DNA from: Peribolospora baueri
Lineage: Eukaryota
Direction of reading: 5' to 3'
DNA length: 64,000 nucleotides
Assembly (NCBI GenBank): GCA_029717555.1
Contig: JAMDHS010000028.1
Coordinates: 1-64,000 of the forward strand
The notes beneath the pieces were generated by a model. It worked only from the letters and a program-made list of their open reading frames with translations. It was not told where the DNA came from and did not search any database. The stretch's first letter is position 1. Each line of letters begins with the position of its first letter. Both the position numbers and the translations under genes were made by a program. Positions 37,887 through 48,900 of the stretch are shown here, piece by piece.

Positions 37887-39590
37887 CTAAGCCCAAACGC
37901 CCTCCAGCGGCTTCACCTCGATCTCATCCCTCCTAGCTCCAAGCTCTTTCAACACCGCTTCCACGCCTTCCTCCCTCTCCACCTTCACAGGCTCCTCCAC
38001 CTCCTCCGCCACCTCCTTCCCCAACAGCCCGACGTCCCGCTTGCCGGAGGAGATGAGCAGGAGCTCAGCGCCTGGGTAGTTCAGCAACGTCGCAGGGTTG
38101 GCGGGGATGAGCTTCGTGCGGAAGAGACGTTTGAGTTCAGGCGGGTACTGCAAAGGTCCGCCCGAGGGACAGAGGGAGGGAGGAACACGCGCACACGCGC
38201 GCGGAGAGAAGGTAAATAGTCGAACCGGTTGAGACAAGAGATCAACCACTCGGGACACTCGCTCATGGGCGAGGAGAGGGAGGAAAAGAGGCGAGCGACT
38301 AACCTGAGGCCGCTTGTAAGGCGCCAACTGGACTTGGCGTGCTCCCGTGACCGGCTGATCTGGGTCTTTAACCTGTAATGACAGCATATGTCACTCGATC
38401 CGGTCACGGCCTTTCTCTCCTCTCTTTCACCCTTGCTCCACTATAGCGGAGCCAGTCGACCAATCTAGCCTGGTCCATCCACTCCATCACGCGCTCACCT
38501 GAATGATGTAGGCTCCCTCGCTCTCGATCCTCAACTCCTCCTGCACCTCGCCCATCACCTTGGGTGCGCTGAGAGCGTAGGCGAGGTATGTCTTGTACCG
38601 CTCCGACATATTCATCGTCCACATCCTGCGCCTCTCTCGCGGGTCGGTCGTCTCGGACGGGTCCGTGGGTGGGGGCGGAGAGTAGAGCGCGTAATGACCT
38701 CGGCCGGCCACGCGGGTGGGAGGGACGTGGCGGGTACCTGGGAGCGAGTAGAACGGCTCGTCGCGGGCGGGTCGGGTCGATAGACCGAGGGAAGGGAAAG
38801 CAGAGAATGGCCGTCGTCGTCGGAACCTTAACTCACCTCTCGTCTTCGTCTCATAAACTTTTTCTCCCAGCGCGCTCGCCGTCTCCTCCAATGACTCCTT
38901 GACGGCGTCAACGAAGCCCCAAATGACCTCGTGTCGGCTCTCCAGATCCGGCAGATGTTTCCTGCCGAGGATGATCAGGCGGCTAAACTTTTCCGTTTTC
39001 TTCTCCTTCTTCGAGGGGTGGAGGTGGTCTTCCTCGTCGTCGGCGTTGGGAATGAGGAGGATGTGAAAGCTGTCCCGTTTCGCAGAGACGGGGAGCGCCG
39101 CAGGTGCCGGTGCCTCAGCCAGCCAATCCAGACATCGTCATGGGATGCGACTAGGCCGAACTTACCGCTGGACGTCGTCGAGCGAGTGCGGCTCATAATG
39201 CTCGACCTTGGGACGGTAGAAGAAGTAGATGTGCCCGCGCTCCAGAGTGCCTGGGAGGCGAGGGTGAGGGAACGCGAACGAGTGTGGCACCGTGACCGAC
39301 CGACGAGCACGACGACCGAATGGCATAGCCATTGGCGCACAAACTTACTCACCGTGCCTCGGCTGAAATTCGTCGGCGACGATGGCCTCGGGGACCTCTT
39401 CTTTCTTGACGCCCGCCGCCGGCGTTACAAAAGTGAACTCGTCCCCTTCTTCCTTCTTCACCTTACTGCTCGTCGCTTCATCGGACGCCTTCGAGCTCAG
39501 CTGCTCTTCCATGCTCTCCGCCAGACCTTCTACCTTTTCCTTTTTCACTCCCACGTGCTGCTTTCTCCTAGCCGCCGATGTCGTCTCCAT
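37887..39590 (-). CDS. Conserved hypothetical protein (multi-exon)
   Basis: A coherent spliced model: acidic N-terminus, then LERGHIYFFYRPKV...SLDDVQR|...RLIILGRKHLPD...WGFVDAV...YETKTRG|TRHVPPTRVAGRGHYAL...YLAYALSAPKVMGEVQEEL...IIQ|VKDP...LLNYPGAELLLIS. GT-AG introns join the segments. Confidence 0.8.
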
Positions 39591-40820
39591 GGATGTAACG
39601 TCGATGAGGAGAAGTAACGACGCCGAGTAGCGGGAGCCAAGGCAGGTGCTCTGCTTAGGCGTTGCGAATGGCAGCTCGGTCAGATGACATCAGCGAGGCC
39701 AGCATGCATCTCGGGGAAATGAGATGAGATGAGCTTCGACTCAAGCACCGCCGCCGCCGCCGTTCAGCGTTGCTCGTATCACCCGCTCGCTCTCTCCGAC
39801 ACTCACTCATCCTCCGCGCGCACGAGATTGGGTAGAAGTCGATGCTCGCCGCGACGAGTGTCCATTAGTCACTAGCCAGGTCACCGGCCCCTGTGCGCGC
39901 CCGCATCCCCGTAGCAGAGGAGGCCCTTCGCTCCTCCATTTAGAGCAATGTCGGATCAGCTCAGCAGGACAAGCAAGGCCATCCACTACTGAGTTAACAG
40001 CCGATGCGCATGCGCATGCACGTCCACTCGCACATGCGCTCCGCCCATGTGTAATGAGAAGAGAAAAAGGGCAAAGCGATGCGATGCGACGTTGGCAGGA
40101 CGACTGGCTAGCGCTAAGCGCAAGCTGTGCCGCCGTGATCAGCTTGAGCACCAGCGCACAAGCCGACGGACAAGGACGCCACGTGGAGGAGGATCGAAAC
40201 TTGTTTGCTCATGCATGTGCCTCCGCTCGACGATGGAGACGAGGTCATATGAGCTCGAGTTTGCATATCCGTTCGACGCTCGCTCGGACTCGGCCCCGGG
40301 ACTTGCTGCGCGAGGGCGGCGACTGGCTTGCTCTTGCGATGGTTGTTGAATCATGTAAACGAAATTGATTACTTTACAAGCTGAGCCGATGCGCGTGCCA
40401 AGATCGGCAATAGTGCCGCGTCTCGGAAAGGATGACCACAACGAGAGCTCGAGGAGCGTCACTCGGCACTCCCGTACTCTCATTTCTCCCGTCCTTGAAT
40501 CTAACCCCGACCCCTCGCTCCCCACTTCCTCTAATCTCGGCCCTTTCGGTGTCGCCGTCGCTGCGCATCGTCGTCACTCTACTCCGCTGTGTACCTTTTC
40601 TTCCTCGCCGGCCATCCCAGCGCCGGCCTCCACAGACATTCGATACCCAGTCACGTCGGCGTCCGGTCTACTTCCATCCGCACCCACCACCCACCACCCA
40701 CCTCCACTTCCCAGCGTGGCTCTACTTACAAGAGACACCGTGAAGCTTTCCCTCCTCTCGTCCCCGCCACCCCTCCTCGTAGACGGCGCCTCGACATACG
40801 GCGACGCGCTTCTCTTCGGC

Positions 40821-43136
40821 ATGCCCACCGCCTCCTACAAGGTCGGAAACGCGCGCGGAACCGGCCCAGTTCACGTCAGCGGGGACAGACGCAAGGGCAA
40901 GCAGAGGAGCACAGACGGCGTGGCCTCCCACCATCCAGCCATCCCGCCCGAATGGAGAGACGGCCCACCGTCCTTCTCGTCAACCCACCCCGAATTCGCC
41001 GCCCGCGCTCCCGCGCTCCGTCTCAGGTCTTCGGAGGGCGCGCTCGAGGAGGAGATCAGGAAGGAGAACGACAGGCAAGCCCGCCTGCTCGACGCTCACC
41101 TTTTCTTCTCCGACCATTTTTACTCATTTCATTTCTTTCCCGCTTCCCCCTTCGGACCCTATCACCTCCACATCTCCGCCCCACCAGGTTGGACGCACAA
41201 AACCGGATCTTCAAAGACCTCCATGGCTCCAACTGCGCAGCGCCGCTCGACCATCTCGATGACGTGTGGAAGAGAGAAGGGAGGAGGCCGAGGGTGCTCG
41301 ACATCGGCACTGGGACAGGTGAGCGTTTGTCGGCGCCGGTATGGTCGGCCGGCTCTTGCTCTCCCCGTTTGTCCGCGAGCGAACAAGCGGTGGATCGATT
41401 TGGCTCTCCTGCTCACTTTGTCTTTTCCCCGCATGTTTATTCTCCTTTCCATGTCTTCAGGCATCTGGGCCATCGAGATGGCCACCGATCACCCAGAGTG
41501 GGACGTTCTCGGCGTCGACCTGAACCTCGACCCGTCTTTGATTGCCCACACCGCTTCCTCTCGGCCATGTACAACTGGCGGTGACGGTAGCGGCGATCCC
41601 TTCATGGGCGGCAGCAGTCGAGCGTCTCATAGTCCCTCTCTGGAGACATCTCAGCCTCGCCACTTCCGCTCCTGCCCTTCAATAAGGCCCGGCTCCACAT
41701 CCCCACTCTTGTCTTCCCCTTCCTACCTGTCCGGCTTCACCGCCTCTCCTCCATCCACACCAGACACATTCAACCCGCCCCCGTCCCTACCTGCAACGTC
41801 GGCGGACTCTCCATCCTTCTCCTGCTCCACCTTCTCCTCTCCGGCGCCGTCCCCGCTGCTCCCGTGGACCCCCTTAGCCTCCTCCTTCCCGTCCAGCTCT
41901 CACCCGTCTCCCACACCACCCCCCAACGTGTCTTTCAAGGTCATGGACGCAACCATCCCGTGGACGGTGCCGGAGAGGGAGTTTGACTTTATTCACATAC
42001 GCTTCATGATCTCCGCTGTGAGTAGGCCACTCTCGTCGACATTCCCTTCTCATCTCTTTTCCTCATGTCGTCAATCGGTTTCTACACCCGGTCCTTCTAC
42101 CAGATCCGCTTCTGGCCCGCTCTCCTCCGCTCCGCGTCTAGAAGCCTACGTCCGGGAGGCCTACTCGTCTCGACGGAGATGGTCCTCCGCTTCTTGCCCG
42201 ACCTTCCTCCATCCTCCGAGTCCGAGTCCAAGTCCTCGCCCTCTTCCTCCGCCTTGGCATCTCCTTCTTGCACATCCCTAACCCGGTCTACACAACCACC
42301 ATCACCATCGCCATCGCCACCGCCATCGCTGCACCAACCCATCCCGCCCCTCCTCGTCCACCTCTCCGAACAAGCGCACAAGAAGATGTTGGCTAGGGGC
42401 GCGGACAGGTTGGTGGCGGAGAGGATGGACGGCTTGTTTGGACAGACGGAAGGGCTGAGAGGGGTCGGGCAGAGGAGGTGTAGGTTACCCTTTGGCGGGT
42501 GGCACCCTGGTGCGTGTAGCCTCGGCCGTCTCGTTGGCTCTCCTCTCCATGTCCTAATCCTACCCTATCCCATCCCATCTCCTCTTTCGTCCTTCCCCAG
42601 ATCCCCACCTACGGACCCTAGGCCGCTCCTACGCCCGCATCTGGCTCATCTCCTACCGCTCCACCAAGCTTGGCGCGCTTGCGTCGGGCACGACGGAGGC
42701 AGAGTTCGAGGAGACGGCGAGCGAGTTGGAAAGGTTATTGCTGGTTCGGGAGGAGGAGGAGGAAGACGACGACGACAACGACAACGACAACGATGACGTG
42801 CTAGGGGGCGGAGGCGAGAGAGGGGAGGGACGAGGAGGGAAGGAAGGAGGATCGGAGGCGGCGAGGGTTTGGCTCGAGTGTAGGACCACGTGGGCCTTTC
42901 GGGCGGCGTCGATGGGCGATGAGGAAGAGGACGGAGTAGGAGGAGGAGAGGGAGAGCGCGAGGGGAGGGAATCTTCGCTAGAAAATAGACGGACGGACGA
43001 TGGATGGATCGACCGTTGGTCGCCAGCTTTACGTTGTTTTTGGTTGCCGGTCGCCTCTTTGTCCGACCGACTTCGGCATACTCTTTTTAGGTACATGATC
43101 GACCGCTCGGCCCCCTTCGCCTTCATTAATAAATAG
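40821..43136 (+). CDS. Class I SAM-dependent methyltransferase (LaeA/TAM-like)
   Basis: Motifs ENDR|LDAQNRIF, motif I RVLDIGTGT|GIWAIEMA...DVLGVDL, FDFIHIRFM, SLRPGGLLVSTE and LPFGGWH. The 3' end is uncertain. Confidence 0.82.
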
Positions 43137-43747
43137 TAATCTCTCTCTCTCTCTCTTTCTTTTTGTCGACATAGGCACTTGCAACGCATTTGAATGACCA
43201 GTCGTTCGTATCACTCGCTCTTTCCGTTCGTTCGTTCGTCCGTTCATTCTGTTCGCTCGTTTGCGCCGTTCGTGATAAGATTTGGGGGTAGAATAAACGG
43301 ACAGGCTGCTCTGACGATCCGAATCCCGACGACGCCACCAACGCCCGACGCCGGCGTCCGAGGGAGCGGTCGCGGGGACGTGCATGGCCGTCACGAGGAG
43401 GCGAGAACGTTGGCGAAGAAAGAAAAGAAAAAGGGAAAAGAGGCAAGAGGAGGAACAAAAAAAAAAAAGAAGGGTGCTCTTGCTGGACCCTTCTGTTCGT
43501 CCCTTGTTTACCGAACGCAGTTCGTCGTTGCCGGGACGTGAATAATGAATCCGGGGAGAGCGTCTTGATGGCGCTCGACGTCGCGCGCCCCTCTTGAAAG
43601 GGGCGACGTGCTCAGCTGTGAGGATCTCTTACGAGAGCTGCATCGTCGAAGGGAAGGGACAGAAGCGAGTGAGTGTAGTGCTCGACTCACTCCACATCTT
43701 AGCATGATGAACGGCATCGGGACCGTCAGCCTCGAGCAAAGTTATTG

Positions 43748-45983
43748 TCAGTCACTCACGCATTGCCCGGGGAACGTGCACGTCCCAGGGCTGTTGCAGG
43801 CGCTGTACGACGTCGAACCGGAGCCGGGGCATAGCGTCATCTATCGACGGCCGATCGGGCCAAGGGGGCAGGGGTAAGCGGACGACCAAGGTGAGCCATC
43901 TGAACTCTACTCTAGTCCTCCCACGCGCTTTCGCACGTCGCTCGAGACCGCGAAAAAAGAGCGGGTCGTGTCCATCGCGCTCACCGTGAAGTCCTGGTTG
44001 CCAGAGCAGCCCACGTCCTGCGAGTGAGCGAGAATGTGAAGACGGGCAGGCGTTAATATTTCCCCGGCCCTTCGCCGCAACTTGTCTCAGCATGAGGAAG
44101 GAAAGGGGGAAAAGAAAACAAAAAGGCTTACAGGAGTGTGACCGTAATTGGCGCAGTCATCCTGATGATCGGTGAAGAATGAAAAACAAGCGCCTCGGAA
44201 AGAGGTTTAGTGAACGCTGCCTAATCTCGGCTTCTACTCGACGTGATCTCCAGTCAAAGCGCATTCTCGAGGCTCACGTCAGGGCTGCGAAACAAGATGG
44301 TGAGCAGAGGAGAAGCACGTCAACAAGCCAGCTCTATTCAAAAGCTCGAAGATCTGCGCACGGTCTGTGAAGGTAGTATGCTCACAAAGAGTAGGCATTG
44401 TTGCAAACATTGTGGTAGAAGTCTGAGTGAGAGGCGGGAGGCGAACGCCGCGGGAGAGACGAATGGGTGAGTGACGACCATGACCACCTTCCCTTCTTCA
44501 TATTTGGAGATGACATCGTGCCTGTTGGACTCACCCGAGTGGCAGCCAGGGTCACCGTGGAGGACATTCGGGTAGGCAGGGCAGCTCGCGTTCGGGCAGT
44601 TGTCTGTGATGGTCCCAAACGTGTTGACATAACAGTTCGACGATGAGCCCATCTGAGCGAAAACCGAATGCATCTGGAAAACGTGGGCTACCATTTTACT
44701 CACTAGTACCTTGACATCCCTGAGCACTGCACGATTCGCAAAAGGAAACTGTTTAGCCAGCCACGCTCGGGAACGTTTTGAAGGAAAATGGAGAGCGGAG
44801 GGTGAGGGCAAAAGCAAACTACATACCTGGCGCAGCAAGGCCCGTAGCAGCTGTTGTAACCATTCACGCTGGGGCCAGGGACGGGGCAGCCGGCGCTGGC
44901 GTCGAACTCGCTGTGAGGAATGGCAGCACGAAAGAGAATTGGCATGAGCGTGCGCGGATACCGGGCTCGCGCCGCGCCTGCCAGCATAGATGGACTTACC
45001 ATGAAATCGTCGGGCAGTTGCCACCGCCCGAGAGCTGGACGCCACGGTTGTAGCCCTGTGTGTATATAATGGGAGGAGGCGTGATGAGCAAGATGGAGAA
45101 GAGGTGGCTGTCCTTCGACTCGTCGGCAAGGAGCGCTCACATAAAGAGGCGAGATGTCGTAGTTAAGACCGCCGTCGGTCGTCTGCATCCCACAGCGCAC
45201 GACGGGAGAGACGGTCAGCGCTACGGTCCGTCCAAAAAGCCGGTTATCCAGGCGTACAACGACGAGAGTTGAGGCATGTATGACTCACAAAAGTAACTTC
45301 GCCGATGATGAATGGCGTGCTGCCGGTCGCAGCCGACTGGCCGCCTTGCGAGGGAAGGGAACAAAGAAGAAAAAAGACGAGCGGTGTCGGTTCAATTGCT
45401 AACGAGGCACCCGGGATAGCAGCTGATCTTGCAGAACAGAAAGGCTAGGCTAGCGCCGACCGAGGCAGATGGAAAGGGGGGCGGGCTCACCGGTCGTGCA
45501 GGTGACACCCGTCGAGTCGGTGCAGCCGGTGAACACCTTGAGCGCCACGCCGTCATTGTTGGCGGGCACTTGGAGCGGCTGAGTCTGGCCTGCGTTGATC
45601 TGATACATGATTGGAGAAGGAGGGGGGGCGCCGCCGAAGACTTCCCAAACCCAGACCTGGGGTGGCCGAAGAAGGAGGATAAGAAGGCATGAGGTGGAGT
45701 GGAACGAGGCAAGGATGAGCCCAAGGTGAGCCGACGATGACCGTTGCTCGGCCGTTCTCTCTCTAGCGTAACCGCCCGTCAGCACTCACGTTGTCGCTGG
45801 AGAAGGCCGGACATACGGAGAAGAGGACGAGCAGCAAGATAAGTCAATCTGCAGTGCTTCCTCGACGACCGTGCCCCCCGCGGATGCTCACCTGCACTTG
45901 TTTACGACGGTCAGCGACGCTGCCATGGCCTGGCGCGCCGCGGCGGCGGCGAGCAGGGAAAGCACAAAGGGGACGGAGATCAT
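43748..45983 (-). CDS. Secreted thaumatin-like protein, about 12-13 short exons
   Basis: Assembled by eye: MISVPFVLSLLAAAAARQAMAASLTVVNKC|SDN|VWVW...FTGCTDSTGVTCTTG|...GEVTF|...YDISPLY|GYNRGVQL...CPTISC|...SCYGPCC...|DFYHNVCNNAYSF...|DVGCSGNQDFT|MTLCP. TVVNKC, YDIS, GYN, C-x2-AYS and TxCP are thaumatin landmarks. Some internal junctions are unresolved. Confidence 0.75.
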
Positions 45984-48900
45984 ATTCGTCGGGGTTCGAG
46001 GAGAGGGAGAGTAGAGACAAGCACAGGGTCAGGAGGATGGTAGGTGAGGACGTACGACGGGCCGGAGGAGGGAAAGAAGATCAGCTATTTATGGACGACG
46101 AGGACGAGGACGAGGACGCACACTCGTTGACGGTCGCCCTTCGTCCCATCCGTCTGCCGTCGTCGTGGGACGACCGCTGGGCACTGCCTTTCCTTTCCTT
46201 CTCTTTCCTCCCTTCGCCGCTTCGACTGTCCGAGCGATACCTCCGCATTGCAAGAGGTGCGAGCGTGGGAGAGCGTGGAGCGGCGGCCGAGGCGCAGCGC
46301 AGCGATGCGCTGCGATGCCGGCGGGGGTTCCGGCGGCTAGCTTGCAGCTCTCACGGACTCGGTACGGCTTACGACCAAATAAGAGACGTCGGGCCGCATA
46401 TGTTCACTTAGTTATCGTATGTAGTAGGAAGGCGGCGGGGCGGGGAGAAGGGGATGAAATGCCGAATAGGACGGGGCCGACGCATGGCATCGATCAGGGA
46501 GCGAGCGGCACCGGCACGATCCCCGCCAGGAACGCATCGGACCACCCCCCTCGGGTCACACTACCCCGCCTTGCGGAGAGCGCACGTTGGGAACAGCTCG
46601 GCGAGAGAGAGAGAAAGACGCTCAGAAGCTGCGGAGGCTGCGAGATAAACCGTTTCAGATCTCGAGAATAGCAGCCGTGCGAGCCGTGTGGACCTAGCTA
46701 GGAGCTGCACCGACTACGTGTACGCACCTGCAAGTGGAGAGGCGCAGATTGCAATAAGTGCCGCCGGATAGGAGCCACCTGGGGAGCACATGACCAAGGA
46801 GAGCGAGCGAGGAGTGTATCGCCCGACTGTAGCGCCCTCGCTTCGCTCACGCAAGGCATCAGTACATCGTCTTCCGAGGTTGTGTCGTATGACACGTACG
46901 GGGACTGCTGGAGGGCCTGGCTTCGTCCAACCGACGCGCCAAGGGCCTGAAGTACACGGCGGGAGGAGGCGCAGTCGCACTACATGCCCATCCCACCTGT
47001 GGTGCGCACGTGTATTCCACAGAGCTCGTGTAGGCTCGTAGGCGCTTCCACCGACTGTCATCCAGCTTGACCTAGTGGCCCGTGTGCTCGCTCGGACATC
47101 GTCGTTGTCATCGGCTTGCTGTGCGGGAGCGGAGACGCTCGAGCTATCGCACTGCCGCAGCAGGGCCCGGGTCAACTTAGTGCCGAAGCAAGGAGCGGGG
47201 GAAAGACGAGCCGTAGCAGGAGGAATGCGGGCACGTGACGAGAGACGAGATGGGCCCGGCCCCAGGGCTCGACGAGGTCATCCCATGCTTGCGGCGCTCT
47301 CTACCTTCGGCCAGCGCGAGTGCCATTTGGAGTGCCCACTGGCGATTTTGGGAGTAGTACAGCGCTGTCCATTATGACTCGGTAGGCGGATATCGCAGTC
47401 GACTCGCTCCAAGTATTCACTCAGGCCCCTCCTACATTAGCACTCGATCGCGTCGAGCGCGGACTTGAGGACGCGTCCAGTGGAAAACCTCGACCGGCAC
47501 CGCTGGCCTGCCGCTGATCATCTGGACGTTTTAACAACCTTCCTGAAGCCACGGCGGCGACTCGAGGTCTACATGCACCAGATCGACAAGTTCTCTGGCG
47601 ACAGACCAAAGCACGTTTTTATCTTGTAGTGTTGTACGTGTCAGGGCCGGTGGTGAAGTGGTAGGGACGACTGTCCGCCAAGTCCAACGCAAACGGCCGC
47701 CGAGCTTGCCGTTACGCTGCTAGGACTAGTGACAGCAAGGGAACAGGTGCGAAAGGGATGCGTTCGTCATTGCTGGTGCTGGGTGTGCCCTTTTCTTGTG
47801 CAAGCTCTTGAGGGAAGGCATGAGCGGCTCGTCTGATGACGACCTGAAAGAACCTCTCTCACAAGGTAATTAATTCATCGCAGCACAGATATCGGATCAA
47901 AGGGTTGATCAAGACCCTTGCGATCACCACGCTGCTAACGCTCGGTAGGGTAAGTGCTCGTTACAGGAGCTCTGGATAGCGCCGGCGGCACAAAGTCAAG
48001 AGAAGAGACAGCAGCAACGTCCTGGTGCACAGGTGGAGCAGAGCGCACCTACGTGTGGGTGCTGACGCTGAGGCTGAGTGAGGCTAGGCTGGGTTGCTGA
48101 GGGCCGGGGCCGACACAATTCTTCCCTCTGCTGATGGCCTGTGCCGCCCTTACCCCACTAAACCACAGCAACAAATCCAAGTGCAAAGAGAACGAGCGGG
48201 CTGAGGCCGTGCTACGGAGCGTAAGACTGAGTGGAAAAGGGGGGAAACAAGGACACGGGACAAGGAGACAAAGAGGACAGGGCAAGAAGAGAGCAGACCT
48301 GCCAGTCGACTTTTTTCGACCCTCAGCGAGTCACGTGCAGCGAGGACGAGGAGACCGGGTAACGACCGAAGGAGACTCCAGTCCTTACGGCTGAGTGGTG
48401 GGCGGCGGAGACAATGACGACAGTGAAGGGAAGGCTTCCTTCCACGCGACCGTCCTTGTGACCTAAAAGCACGGCTGGCCAGGGGCTGACCGGAGTTCTA
48501 GCGGGGCCCCAGTGGGCACGGGTTGGGTTGAGGCGCAGAGGGATGGACGGAAACATTCCGCCGCGCCCATGCGGGTGTCCAAACATGGGAAACGCGCCGC
48601 CTTCTGGAGCGCAACGCGACCTTGGTTCGCGCCACGCCCAGGGCACACATAGACGCCACGAGACGACACCGCGGGAGGCTCGGCCTGTGTCCGCTGGCTC
48701 GCTCGCTCCGACGACGACGACGCTGGGTTGAATGGACGTTCGGAGAAGGAAAAGGAGATGACGAGCGGCGACTGGTCTCGTTCTCGTTAACCGAATTATA
48801 TGAACGGCCATGCGGGGACGTTTCCGGGAGCCGGTCTTTCCATGCCACCCCTCCCTCTCCCTCTCCGTGGCTCGGAACGTCGGGGCTCGTTCGAACGAAC

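Noticed and set aside
40365..42281. 638-aa ORF taken as a single protein
   Set aside because: It reads through 5' flank and introns. SAM motif I is split across frames and only assembles after splicing.
42276..42284. CCCTAACCC resembling a telomerase RNA template or telomeric seed
   Set aside because: It is a single 9-mer inside a methyltransferase coding exon with no supporting structure, as expected by chance.
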